DNA from: Vicinamibacteria bacterium
GTDB lineage: Bacteria; Acidobacteriota; Vicinamibacteria; Marinacidobacterales; Marinacidobacteraceae
Reading direction: 5' to 3'
Length of the DNA: 64,000 nt
NCBI GenBank assembly: GCA_963555995.3
Contig: OY821641.1
Span: forward strand, 1,984,001-2,048,000
This document shows positions 18,722-29,221 of this stretch, piece after piece. The notes below the pieces were generated by a model. It was not told where the DNA came from. It saw nothing but the letters and a program-made list of their open reading frames with translations, and made no database searches. Each line of letters opens with the position of its first letter. Within the stretch, counting starts at the first letter, position 1. The translations under genes were made by a program, and so were the position numbers.

Positions 18722-19575
18722 GTGCCGGAAGAAAACGCCGGTCCTCAGATCGGCGCCGCCAAGGACCGCCGGTCTCCAGACCGGCGCCGCGGCCCGCAGG
18801 GCCGCGAGACGCGAAACGACACCCCGCGGCGCCCCACCGCCGCCTTCCTCGTCATCGGCAACGAAATCCTCTCCGGGAAGGTCGCGGACACGAACACCGG
18901 CCTGCTGGCCCGGTTGCTCCGCACGAAAGGGATCGAACTCCGCCGGGTCGTCACCATCCCCGACGAGCCAGAGGTGATCGCCGCGGAAACGGTCGCGCTC
19001 TCCACGTCCCACGACTTCGTGTTCACCTCCGGCGGGTCGGCGCCACCCACGACGACGTGACCATGGAGGGCGTTGCCCGCGCCTTCGGGACGAAGGTGAT
19101 CCACCACCCCCGCTTCCTCGAATCGCTACGGGAACGCGGCCTCGAGACGACCCACCGGAACCTCGCCCGCGTCCCCGAAGGCACCGACCTCCGCGAGGGC
19201 GCGAGCGGCGCCTGGCCCGTCCCCGTGATGCGGAACATCTGGATCCTCCCCGGCCTGCCCCCCGTCTTCGAGCGCAAGCTGGAAATCCTGGCCGAGTGCC
19301 TCCCGGAGGGACCCCGCTACTTCGCCGACGAAGAACTCGTCCCCCGCCCCGAGGAGGAACTGATCCCGCTCCTCGACCGGATCGTGGCGGCCCACCCCGA
19401 GATCCAGATCGGCTCCTACCCGGTGCCCGCGGGGACCCGCATCACACTCGACGGCGACAACGAAGAGGCCGTCGCGAACGCCGCGGCCGCGCTCCGGAAC
19501 GGTCTCACCGCAACCGGCTTGGAACGCCGGTCTCCAGACCGGCACGCGCGGCGCTCCGCGCCGCGAACGTCGTAA
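18722..19575 (+). pseudogene. CinA-like molybdopterin-binding protein with a 1-nt frameshift
   Basis: IGNEILSG...DTN; adding one G to the run at 19034-19036 restores TSGGVGATHDDVTME; LPGLP and IGSYP in the second frame. Confidence 0.8.
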
Positions 19576-19632
19576 CTCCCCGGCCCGTCCGACTGCGCGT
19601 CTCACCCGTTTCGAGTCAGAACGACCGGGACC
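19516..19632 (+). repeat. REP plus conserved tail (~110 bp), repeated at ~21502-21616 and ~22899-23010
   Basis: GGAACGCCGGTCTCCAGACCGGCACGCGCGGCGCTCCGCGCCGC...GTCGTAACTCCC...CCCGTTTCG.GTCAGAA.GACCGG. Confidence 0.85.
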
Positions 19633-19865
19633 AATGAGCGCTGTTCCCGCCGTGCCGCCTCGTCCCCTCGCCGCTCTGCTGGCGACACTCGCCGTCGCCG
19701 GACTCCTCTTCGCCGCCCTCCGGCTCACCGGCGGCGTCGCGTAATCCGCACCACCGGGCGGCAACTCCCAGCCTCCGCCCGGCATCGCGCCCCGCCCCGG
19801 CAGGTGCAACACCCTGCGTGACCTCCGCGAAGCGGACGCACGGCCGGTCCCCCCGGTCCAGCGGG

Positions 19866-20362
19866 TCAGCGCGTGAACAGCAGGCCGAAGACCGCGAGCA
19901 GCACCGTCACCAGGATCCCCAGAGCACCCAGACGAGCCGAATTTCCGTCCTCAGGGCGTCCGTTCGCACCGCGAGGAACTCCAGCTTCCGGTCACGTTCG
20001 GCCCCGGCCTCGGCCAGGGCGTCCAGCTTCCTGCCGTGCTCGGCGAGTGTTCGACCGTGGTCGGCGAGCCGGTCGGCGTTCTCGTTACAGAGCTGCTTGA
20101 TTTCGATGAAGCCGACCCGCATCTCCGCACGAAACTGCGCGACCAGATTCTCCGCCGCCATGGACCGGACCTCCGCCTCCGCATTATAGGCAGCGTCCGG
20201 ATCGCATCCGCTGCTAACCAGCGCGCGGAACAAGGTGCCCTGCTTCACCGGCATGAGCGGCGGTTTACCGGCGCTCGCGGCCGGTGGAGAGGTCCGTGGG
20301 GCGGCCTGCCCGGGTGACGCGGCCGTGGCGGATCGTTTTGGGTTCTGCGTGGTGCGTGGCAT
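19866..20362 (-). pseudogene. Coiled-coil protein with C-terminal TM helix (CCDC90/DUF1640-like), copy A, frameshifted
   Basis: Near-identical to copy B; C3 at 19927-19929 instead of C4 shifts the frame before the TM helix. Confidence 0.7.
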
Positions 20363-20742
20363 CGAAGCCTCCTCTGCATGGTCATGACAGAACGGGAGGC
20401 GCAAGCGCCACCCACGCAGATACAGACGAGAATTCACCGGATTTTTCCCATTTCCGGGCGCAATGTGGAAAAGTCGAAGCGATTGTGCAGATTGACGACG
20501 CCGCGAAACGGCCGCGCGGCCGGTTACTGCGAAAATGCAGCTTGCACGCGCGGCGCCACGGCGAGCGGCGCGGTGGTGCCCTCCTCCCGGTTCAGCCCCG
20601 CAGACAGCGACACGACATCCGCGGGCCTTCGGCCCGCTGTGCCGCTCTGAAGAGCGGCGCTCCCAGCCGTCGCCGCCGTTCTCGTGCCCAGCGGGGTGTT
20701 CAGGTGGACGCGATCATGGGAGTCTCCCCCCGGTCCAGCGGG

Positions 20743-21285
20743 TCAGCGCGTGAACAGCAGGCCGAAGACCGCGAGCAGCACCGTCACCAGGATCCCCAGA
20801 GCACCCCAGACGAGCCGAATTTCCGTCCTCAGGGCGTCCGTTCGCACCGCGAGGAACTCCAGCTTCCGGTCACGTTCGGCCCCGGCCTCGGCCAGGGCGT
20901 CCAGCTTCCTGCCGTGCTCGGCGAACCGCTCGGCGGTCTCTCTGCTGTGCTCGGCGAACCGCTCGGCGGTCTCTCTGCTGTGCTCAGCGAGCCGGTCGGC
21001 GTTCTCGCGGCAGAGCTGCTTGACTTCCAGGAAGCCGACCCGCATCTCCGCGCCAAGCTGCGCGACCAGGTTCTCCGCGGCCATGGATCGGACCTCCACT
21101 TCCGCATTATAGGCAGCGTCCGGATCGCATCCGCTGCCGACCAGCGCGCGGAACAAGGCGCCCTGCTTCACCGGCATGAGCGGCGGTTCACCGGCGCTCC
21201 CGGCCGGTGGAGCGGTCCGTGGGGCGGCCTGCCCGGGTGACGCGGCCGTGGCGGATCGTTTTGGATTCTGCGTGGTGCGTGGCAT
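20743..21285 (-). CDS. Coiled-coil protein with C-terminal TM helix (CCDC90/DUF1640-like), copy B, intact
   Basis: Head (LFRAL..SG.DPDAAY), stalk with AEHSRETAERF x2, TM anchor LVWGALGILVTVLLAVFGLLF; GAGGAGG RBS; family call is by architecture only. Confidence 0.7.
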   Translation of the reverse strand: MPRTTQNPKRSATAASPGQAAPRTAPPAGSAGEPPLMPVKQGALFRALVGSGCDPDAAYNAEVEVRSMAAENLVAQLGAEMRVGFLEVKQLCRENADRLAEHSRETAERFAEHSRETAERFAEHGRKLDALAEAGAERDRKLEFLAVRTDALRTEIRLVWGALGILVTVLLAVFGLLFTR

Positions 21286-21856
21286 CGAAGCCTCCTCTGC
21301 CTGGTTGTGAAGGAACGGGAGGCGCAAGCGCCACCCACGCAGATACAGACGAGAATTCACCGGGTTTTTTCCCATTTCCGGACGCAATGTGGAAAAGTCG
21401 AAGCGATTGTGCAGATTGACGACGCCGCGAAACGGTCGCGCGGCCGGTTGCCGCGAAAATGCAGCTTGGGCGAAAGCTCAACCAGCGTCAGTAGCGCCGC
21501 CGGCTTGGAACGCCGGTCTCCAGACCGGCACGCGCGGCGCTCCGCGCCGCGCACGTCGTAACTCCCCGGCCCGCCCCAATGCGCGTCTCACCCGTTTCGA
21601 GTCAGAACGACCGGAACCAACGAGCGTTGTTCCCGCCGTGCCGCCTCGTCCCCTCGCCGCTCTGTTGCGACACTCGCCCTCGCCGTCGCCGGACCCCTCT
21701 TGGCCGCCCTCCGGCCCACCGCCGGCGTCGCGTAATCCGCACCACCGGGCGGCAACTCTCAGCCTCCGCCCGGCATCGCGCCCCGCAGCGGCGGGTGCAA
21801 CACCCCGCGTGACCTCCGCGAAGCGGACCCGCCGCCGGTCCCCCCGACCCACCGGG

Positions 21857-22204
21857 TCAGCGAGCGAACAGCAGGCCGAAGACCGCGAGCAGCACCGTCA
21901 CCAGGATCCCCAGAGCACCCCAGACGAGCCGGATTTCCGTCCTCAAGGCGTCCGTTCGCACCGCGAGGAACTCCAGCTTCCGGTCACGCTCGGCCCCGGC
22001 CTCGGCCAAGGCGTCCAGCTTCCTGCCGTGCTCGGCGAACCGCTCGGCGGTCTCTCTGCTGTGCTCGGCCAGCCGGTCGGCGTTCTCGCGGCAGAGCTCC
22101 TTGACTTCCAGGAAGCCGACCCGCATCTCCGCACGAAACTGCGCGACCAGGTTCTCCGCGGCCATGGATCGGACCTCCGCCTCCGGAGTATAGGCAGCCT
22201 CCGG
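21857..22204 (-). pseudogene. Copy C of the same gene, 5'-truncated
   Basis: Homology to copy B stops near 22204, next to the phd/vapC pair; one AEHSRETAERF unit. Confidence 0.7.
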
Positions 22205-22254
22205 GTAGCGGCAGCAAATCCGACCATGGCAATGGACCATAGTAAGATCCAGTC

Positions 22255-22491
22255 ATGCAGCGGATACAGATCTCGAAGTTCAAGGCCACGTGCCTCGCGG
22301 TGCTGGATCGGGTCGCCCAGACCCGCGAACCGGTTCTGGTGACCCGCCGCGGCAAGCCGATCGCGAGGATCGTCCCTCCGGCCCCCAGCCCGGCCGGAAG
22401 CTGGCTCGGCGCGATGAAGGGCTCGGTCACGATCCACGGCGACATCGTCGCGCCGGTCTCCGAACCGTCGGACTGGGAAGCGCTGCGGTAG
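22255..22491 (+). CDS. Phd/YefM family antitoxin
   Basis: ISKFKATCLAVLDRV...VLVTRRGKPIARIVP. Confidence 0.92.
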   Translation: MQRIQISKFKATCLAVLDRVAQTREPVLVTRRGKPIARIVPPAPSPAGSWLGAMKGSVTIHGDIVAPVSEPSDWEALR

Positions 22492-22881
22492 ATGCCCTTC
22501 CTCCTCGATACCCACGTCTGGATCTGGGGGCTCAACGAACCCGAACGGCTTCCCCAGACCGTCCGGCGCCAACTGGCCACGGCGTCGGAGCCTCCGCGGC
22601 TCTCACCGATCAGCGTCTGGGAATGCCTCCTCCTCGCCGAGAAAGGCCGCATCACGCTGTCCCCCAACCCCCGAGCCTGGCTTCGCGAGGCAGCGGGGTC
22701 CGTCCGGGAAGTCCCCCTGACCTCTGAGGTGGCTGCCGCCAGCCGGCGCCTTCACCTGGGTCACGACGACCCCGCCGACCGTTTCATCATGGCTACCGCA
22801 AAGGTATGCGGCCTGCGCCTCGTCACCGCCGACACCCGCCTCCTCCGCTGCCCCGACGCGGAGACCCTCTGGGGCGAATGA
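22492..22881 (+). CDS. vapC: VapC family PIN toxin
   Basis: LLDTH, SVWE, HDDPADR, LVTAD. Confidence 0.92.
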   Translation: MPFLLDTHVWIWGLNEPERLPQTVRRQLATASEPPRLSPISVWECLLLAEKGRITLSPNPRAWLREAAGSVREVPLTSEVAAASRRLHLGHDDPADRFIMATAKVCGLRLVTADTRLLRCPDAETLWGE

Positions 22882-23013
22882 CGCCGGACCGGCCGGCTAG
22901 GAACGCCGGTCTCCAGACCGGCACGCGCGGCGCTCCGCGCCGCGCACGTCGTAACTCCCAGGCCCGTCCGAATGCGCGTCTCCCCCGTTTCGGGTCAGAA
23001 TGACCGGGACTCC

Positions 23014-25098
23014 ATGACTCTGTCCCTGCGTCTCCGGCGCCCCCTCCGGTCCACCGTAACCGCCGCCTTTCTTCTTTCCACCCCCCTTGCCGCCGCCGCC
23101 CAGGATCTCTTCCCCCTCTCCGACGAACACAAACGGTGGCTCGAATACGACGCCGTCTACATCATCAGCGACCGGGAGAAGGACGCCTTCGAGCGGCTCC
23201 AGTCCGAAGCCGAGCGCGAGGCGTTCATCGCCGCCTTCTGGTCGCGCCGCGACCCCGAGCCGCTGACCCCCGAGAACGAGTTCCGGATCGAGCACTACGA
23301 GCGCATCGAGTACGCGAACTCCCGCCTCGGCGGCGAAACCGCGGTGCCCGGTTGGCTGACCGACCGGGGGCGCATCTACATCCAGCTCGGCGAACCCGAG
23401 GAGCGGGAGACTTTCGCCTCAGTGCCCGGGCTCTACCAGACGGAACTCTGGTTCTACCTCTCGCGCCCGGACCAACTGCTCCCTCCGATCTACGTCCTGT
23501 TCTTCCGCGAATACAACGCCGGACCGTTCATCCAGTTCAACCACGTGATCCACCAGCCGGAAGAACTGCTTCCGGCGCAGTCCTTCCCGGTCGGCGAATC
23601 GCGCCAGGAGGCCTACATCCTGCTGCAGGAGATCTCGCCCCAACTCGCCCACGCCAGCATCACCATGCGCGCCGACCGGGGGGTCATGGCCAGCCTGGTG
23701 CAGCCGGAGATGGAGATCCTCCAGACCCAGACCGTGATGTCCGACATCAACCGCGCCCCGTACCGGTTGCTCGACACGAACTGGGTCAGCGGCGCGGAGG
23801 CCGGCCGGGGGCTGGTCGAGAGCGAATACCTCTTCAACTTCGTGCCGAGCGCCGGGCTCGCGCGGGTGCTTCCCGGCGCTGAACCAAGCTCCTTCTTCGT
23901 TCACTACGCGATCGAGATCGAACCGCAGCACTTCACGCTCGCCCGCGAGGAGCGCGGAACCGACTACTTCACCCGTTTCGAGGTCACCGGCGAGGTCACC
24001 ACCCCGGAGGGTGAGGTCGTCCACGACTTCATGGTGACCCCCTTCCTCCGCCTGACCGAGAGTCAGCTTCAGGATGTCGGCGCCCGCCCCTTCACCTACC
24101 GCGGCATGTTCCCCCTGATCCCCGGCGACTTCCGCTTCCGGGTGATCCTCAAGAACGCCGCCCGCACCGAGTACACCGTGTTCGAGGACGAGTTGACGGT
24201 GCCGGACGCCGGTGCGGCGCTCTCCCGCCCCTGGCTGGTCCACGTCCCCCCGCAATCCGTCGAAGAAGCGGGACTCCGCGCCTGGGTGGCGGGCGACGCC
24301 CAACTCGTTCCGAACGGACGCGGCGTGGCGGCGATCGGAACTCCCCTCCGGGCCGTCGTCTCGGCCGCCGGAAACGAGCAGGTGGTGTTCCGGGTAGTTC
24401 CCTGGACCGCCGAGGACGGAGCGACGGGATCCCCCGTTCGCGAAGAAGAGGTCCCGGTGAACGACGGCCTCGCCGTCTGGTCGCCGCCAACCGCCGATCT
24501 GGATTCCGGCCGTTACCTCCTCTCCGCCTCCGCGGGCGGCGACGACCGGATGGTGACCTTCGATCTGAACGCGCGCAGCCGGGTCGCGGTCCCGTGGGGG
24601 CTCAGCGACTCTCCTGATACCGAGACGCCCGGCGCCGTCGCCGCGGCCCTCGGCGAACAGTGGCTCCGGACGGAGAACCACGAACGCGCCCGCGAATCAT
24701 TCCAGTCGGCGCTCGCCGAGAACCCGAACCTCGGACGGGTCCGGCTCGCGCTGGGCCGGTTCGCGCTCGACGACGGCGAGCCGCGCGCCGCGGCCCGGCT
24801 CCTCGAACCGGCGCTGGCCCAGACCCCCGAGGACCCGATGGTGCTGCGGGTGCTGGGCGACGCCCACCGGGAGTCCGGGAACCACGCGCGGGCGGTCGAA
24901 CTCTACGAGCGGTCCCTGCCCCTCCAGGCGCCCGACCCGGCGCTCCTGAACGCGCTCTCCTGGTCGCTCGCCGCGGGCGGGAGCGGCGGACGGGCGATTC
25001 CCTACCTCGAACAGTCGCTCCGCCTCGACCCGGAACAGCCGGAGGTGCGGGAGCTGCTGGCGACCCTCCGCGCCGGCGCCTCACCCGGGCGCGACTGA
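23014..25098 (+). CDS. GWxTD domain protein with C-terminal TPR repeats
   Basis: FW..RDP.P.TPENEF..EHY.R...PGWLTDRGRIYI..GEP; TPR-like C-terminus; signal peptide. Confidence 0.92.
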   Translation: MTLSLRLRRPLRSTVTAAFLLSTPLAAAAQDLFPLSDEHKRWLEYDAVYIISDREKDAFERLQSEAEREAFIAAFWSRRDPEPLTPENEFRIEHYERIEYANSRLGGETAVPGWLTDRGRIYIQLGEPEERETFASVPGLYQTELWFYLSRPDQLLPPIYVLFFREYNAGPFIQFNHVIHQPEELLPAQSFPVGESRQEAYILLQEISPQLAHASITMRADRGVMASLVQPEMEILQTQTVMSDINRAPYRLLDTNWVSGAEAGRGLVESEYLFNFVPSAGLARVLPGAEPSSFFVHYAIEIEPQHFTLAREERGTDYFTRFEVTGEVTTPEGEVVHDFMVTPFLRLTESQLQDVGARPFTYRGMFPLIPGDFRFRVILKNAARTEYTVFEDELTVPDAGAALSRPWLVHVPPQSVEEAGLRAWVAGDAQLVPNGRGVAAIGTPLRAVVSAAGNEQVVFRVVPWTAEDGATGSPVREEEVPVNDGLAVWSPPTADLDSGRYLLSASAGGDDRMVTFDLNARSRVAVPWGLSDSPDTETPGAVAAALGEQWLRTENHERARESFQSALAENPNLGRVRLALGRFALDDGEPRAAARLLEPALAQTPEDPMVLRVLGDAHRESGNHARAVELYERSLPLQAPDPALLNALSWSLAAGGSGGRAIPYLEQSLRLDPEQPEVRELLATLRAGASPGRD

Positions 25099-25244
25099 CG
25101 CGGTTCGCCCAATCACCTCTCCAAGAATTCCGCCGCTCCGTCCGGTTCCTTGGACTCCAAACCCTCGGGGAGCACTCCCACTGCGGTCGTAACTGGAAGA
25201 AAGATCGAGGCGTTAAATGCGTTGTTCGTTTCCTTGCCAAGGCA

Positions 25245-25260
25245 TGGCATAATCGTTGCC
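25245..25260 (+). promoter_or_regulatory. Putative sigma-54 (-24/-12) promoter of the TonB-dependent receptor gene
   Basis: TGGCATAATCGTTGCC with exact GG-N10-GC spacing, about 95 bp upstream of the ATG. Confidence 0.6.
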
Positions 25261-25353
25261 TATTTTTCGCGCTTGCACTTTCTACTTCTACTGCGGAACC
25301 GGCGCCGTCGGACCGCATTCCTGAAATCTCAGACACCTCAAAGAGGAGGAACC

Positions 25354-28300
25354 ATGCGGAAGTCCACTTTCGCGCTGCTTCTCGCGGCGTCCCTCGTCCT
25401 TCCGGGCCTAGCGTTCGGACAGGCCGGCGACTCCAGCATTCGCGGCACGGTCACCGACGACTCGGGCGCCGTGCTTCCCGGAGTCACGATCACCGCGATG
25501 AGCCCGGCGCTCATCAGCCCCGCCACCGCGGTCACCGACGGCCAGGGCACCTACCGGCTGCTCAACCTGCCCGTCGGCGATTACGCACTGGAAGCGTCGC
25601 TTTCCGGCTTCGCCACCTACCGGCAGGAAGGCATCCTTGTCCGGGCCAGCACCAACATCGGTGTGGACCCGGTGATGTCCATCAGCACCGTGCAGGAAAC
25701 GGTCACCGTGACCGCCGAAACGCCGATGCTCGAGATCTCCCGTCCCGGCAACATCCTGACCATCGAGGGTGACCTCCAGCGCGACCTGCCCATCCAGGCA
25801 CGCGGCAACTGGAGCGACTTCCTCGAGATGACCCCCGGCGTGAACGCCCGTCCCTTCGACGACGGCTCCGGCCGGATGGTCTATTTCGGACACGCGACCG
25901 AGCACTTCGCCCACGTCATCCAGCTTGAGGGTATGGCGGCGGCCGGCTACACCGATTCGCAGGTCACCTATGTCGGGATGAACGCCGACATGATGGAAGA
26001 CATGTCGGTCAAGACCGGCGGCGCCGAGGCCAAGGACCCGATGGGCACCGGCCTCATCATCAACGTGGTGACCCGGAGCGGCGGTAACGACCTCACCGCG
26101 TCGGCAGCCTACGACCTCCAGGATTTCGACTGGGGCACCGGCGACGAGGCCGGCTCCGGCGGTTTCTTCGGCGACAACGAGCTCCCGAGCGGCTTCAACC
26201 CGTTCGCCTCGGAGAAGTCCAACTTCCAGGCGCTCGGCGTGTACACCCCGCCGGAAGGCCGCGACGCGGCGGCCGGCACCCCGACCGCACACCAGGTACG
26301 GCAGTCCGACTTCTCGCTCGGCGGCCCGATCATGCGGGACAAGGCCTGGTTCTTCGCGGCCTACCGGTACGCCGACCTGGCGGCCCGCATCAGCCGCGGC
26401 AGCACGGACATCGAACGGCTCAACGCGCTCGGAGGACTGCCCATGGGCAGTCTCGGGACGACCCCGGTCTATTCCGAGTTCCTGAACACCACGAAGAGCC
26501 ACCAGCCCTACGCCAAGGTCAGTGCGCAGCTCAACCCGAGCCACGAGTTGAACGTGTACTACCAGCGCGACACCACCGAGAACACCTCGAACCGCGAGTA
26601 CGACCTCGCCCCGCGCTACACCGTGCAGACCGGCGGCAACCTCTACGGCGCCAAGCTGACGTCGGTGTTCGGCACCTCAACGACCGGACAGTTCACCCTG
26701 TCCTACAACGACAAGGCGTCGCAGCGGCCGCTGGACATTCAGCCGCAGCTGGACAGCATCGTCCCGTACGTTGAGATCCATGCCAACTATTCCGTCAACG
26801 ACAGCGGCACGATCAGCCGCGGCGGGCGCATCGCTGCGCTGGGAACCGGAAACGGTTCCGACCGTCCGGCACGCCTCGTCCTGATGCGGGCTGACATGAC
26901 GCGTTACATCGACAACGCGGCCGGTTCGCACGAGATCGCCTTCGGCGTCTATGCCGCCCCCTGGAACACCTACCCCAGCACGACGGTCTATGCGACCACT
27001 GCCGGCTGGGGCACCGAGTACCACACACCGGTGGACGCGAATGGAAACCCGACGGCCGATCCCACGCTGGCGGTTGGCACGCGTTGGTTTGAGCGGCGCC
27101 GGACCGGTGACGCGAACGGCCCCATCGATTCGCTCAAGACCATCGACGCTCAGGACAGCGACCTCGGCGTCTACCTCCAGGATTCCTGGAAGCCGGTGGA
27201 CCGTTTGACGGTGAACCTCGGGGTTCGGGCTGACTTCGTGAAGCGCTACGACAACATCCAGAACTTCGACCGGATGAACACTTTGGCGCTCGGCCCGCGC
27301 GCCGGATTCGCGTACCAACTCACCGAGGATGGCCGCAACATTCTGCGCGGCAACATCGGACGGGTCCACGAACAGATGAACGGCCGCGACAACATCACCC
27401 GGGTCCACGGGGCATCGTCAGTCGGTAGCTACGTCGAGTACGACCACGACGGCGACGGCATCGCGGACTTCGATCGCTACACACCGCCCTCCGCCGGAAT
27501 CCCGCGCGAATACCTGTTCGACGAGAACATCGGCCAACCCTTCGTGGACGAGGCCATCGTCGGTCTGCGACGTCAGTTCGGCGGACAGTTCGCGATGGAC
27601 GCGGCGCTCGTGCACCGGCGCTACACGGACAACTACGCGCTGCTCGAGCAGAACGGGTTCTACCCGTCCTCCGCGCCTGCGCCAACTCCGCTGGGCGAGT
27701 TCCAGTACGGAGCGGTGGATCTGGACTACGGCAACATCCTCCAGCAGACCAACAACAGTTGGAGCAAGCTGCAGTACACCGCCATTGAGATCACGACGAC
27801 CCGGCGCACCGAACGGATGTCCGCTACGCTGAACTTCAGCCGGCAGTGGCAGGGCTTCGGAGGCGACTGGAATCCGAACGATCCGGCCCGCTACATCCAG
27901 CCGGAGAAGTTCAAGTCCAACAAGGCGCTCTACATGCCGCGTGGTAACAACGAGCAGAACACCTTGCGTGATTCGAGCAATCTGTCCTATGCACCCACTT
28001 GGCGGCAGTTCTCGATTCGTGGCGGCATGAGCTATCTGATGCCCTACGATGTGACGCTGGCGGTCAGCTACACGGCGAACGCTGGCCCGTGGTCCGGCCC
28101 GCCGATCAACCGGCTGAGCGCCGATGATCCCCAGGTCACCCAGTACGGCCCGGGCAGCGCCAACAACGGTTTCTCGAACCCGCTCGCCACCCGCTACCGC
28201 ATCGTCGGTGCGGACCGGGGCGAACTCCAGGTGCAGGCGCCGACCGTCCACACCGTGGGCCTCTCGCTCGGCAAGATCCTCGATCTGGGCCGCGCCCAGT

Positions 28301-28458
28301 TCGAGATTTCCGCCCAGGCGTTCAACCTGCTCGACGCAGCCAACCACAACCAGTTCACCTACAGCGGTGCGAACCGGACGTGGAAGGCCGCCTTCCTGGA
28401 GCTTCGGAGCCGGCAGAATGCCCGCACCATGCTCCTCCGGGGAACCCTCCGCTTCTAA
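25354..28458 (+). CDS. Oar-type TonB-dependent receptor with carboxypeptidase-regulatory-like N-terminal domain
   Basis: IRGTVTDDSGAVLPGVTI, ETVTVTAE, INVVTRSG, YLQDSWK...LTVNLGVR, terminal F; GAGGAGG RBS. Confidence 0.93.
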   Translation: MRKSTFALLLAASLVLPGLAFGQAGDSSIRGTVTDDSGAVLPGVTITAMSPALISPATAVTDGQGTYRLLNLPVGDYALEASLSGFATYRQEGILVRASTNIGVDPVMSISTVQETVTVTAETPMLEISRPGNILTIEGDLQRDLPIQARGNWSDFLEMTPGVNARPFDDGSGRMVYFGHATEHFAHVIQLEGMAAAGYTDSQVTYVGMNADMMEDMSVKTGGAEAKDPMGTGLIINVVTRSGGNDLTASAAYDLQDFDWGTGDEAGSGGFFGDNELPSGFNPFASEKSNFQALGVYTPPEGRDAAAGTPTAHQVRQSDFSLGGPIMRDKAWFFAAYRYADLAARISRGSTDIERLNALGGLPMGSLGTTPVYSEFLNTTKSHQPYAKVSAQLNPSHELNVYYQRDTTENTSNREYDLAPRYTVQTGGNLYGAKLTSVFGTSTTGQFTLSYNDKASQRPLDIQPQLDSIVPYVEIHANYSVNDSGTISRGGRIAALGTGNGSDRPARLVLMRADMTRYIDNAAGSHEIAFGVYAAPWNTYPSTTVYATTAGWGTEYHTPVDANGNPTADPTLAVGTRWFERRRTGDANGPIDSLKTIDAQDSDLGVYLQDSWKPVDRLTVNLGVRADFVKRYDNIQNFDRMNTLALGPRAGFAYQLTEDGRNILRGNIGRVHEQMNGRDNITRVHGASSVGSYVEYDHDGDGIADFDRYTPPSAGIPREYLFDENIGQPFVDEAIVGLRRQFGGQFAMDAALVHRRYTDNYALLEQNGFYPSSAPAPTPLGEFQYGAVDLDYGNILQQTNNSWSKLQYTAIEITTTRRTERMSATLNFSRQWQGFGGDWNPNDPARYIQPEKFKSNKALYMPRGNNEQNTLRDSSNLSYAPTWRQFSIRGGMSYLMPYDVTLAVSYTANAGPWSGPPINRLSADDPQVTQYGPGSANNGFSNPLATRYRIVGADRGELQVQAPTVHTVGLSLGKILDLGRAQFEISAQAFNLLDAANHNQFTYSGANRTWKAAFLELRSRQNARTMLLRGTLRF

Positions 28459-28489
28459 GCGACCCTCCCCCCAAGCACCTTTCCCCCAA

Positions 28490-28521
28490 GGGGCCGGCCC
28501 ACCCGGGCCGGCCCCTTTTTT
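28490..28521 (+). terminator. Rho-independent terminator
   Basis: GGGGCCGGCCC-ACCC-GGGCCGGCCCC followed by T6. Confidence 0.9.
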
Positions 28522-29221
28522 CGTACCCCATCCACCACCTCATCCCCACCCCCTGATCCCACCACAACTCCCGTTTGCCCCCACCCATCACCCCCTGCTA
28601 CAACCGCCCCGTGAGCATTCCAAGCGACTGGACTCCGCGACCTGGCACACACCGCTTGGCGTTTCGCCGTGTCCGTCGCGCCAAATCCAACCCGTTGAAT
28701 ACCCCCCCCCCCCCCCCCGAATTCAACGCATTGGATTCTTGGTCTCTGGCCGAAACACAGCACCTGCTGACCTAGCCCCCGCTACTTCACAAGCGTCCTC
28801 CCGCCGCTACTCATCGTCTCCGCTCCGGGAACGGCGGCAGGATCTTCGAAGACAACCAAGTTCGCTCCTCGCCCTTCACACCGCGATCCCGAATGCCCGG
28901 CCACCGCTAGAACCCGTCACGATCATCCACGCTGGCCTCCGCCTCCGTCACGCACCAGACACCCACGCTTGGCCTCGGCCCGATGATCCCCATCGGGCTT
29001 CAGCGGATCCTCACCTCCCTCTGGCAAGACAAGGGACGCGACATTACTCTTGCTTGCGGCGTATCGCTCCTCTTGGGAGACTTGGAAGATTGGTCACTCC
29101 AGAATGGCTTTCTCTCTCCGGCCATCACCGGGTGGATGTTCTGCAATCCGAAATCGAACGGTCGACAGTATCGCCCCCTGATTGACCGGGATAAGCACGA
29201 GGGGCGTTGGGAGACAACACA

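Noticed and set aside
19866-22204. Diversity-generating retroelement (template/variable repeats)
   Set aside because: No reverse transcriptase in the window; the differences noticed include repeat-number changes and indels, not an adenine-specific pattern.
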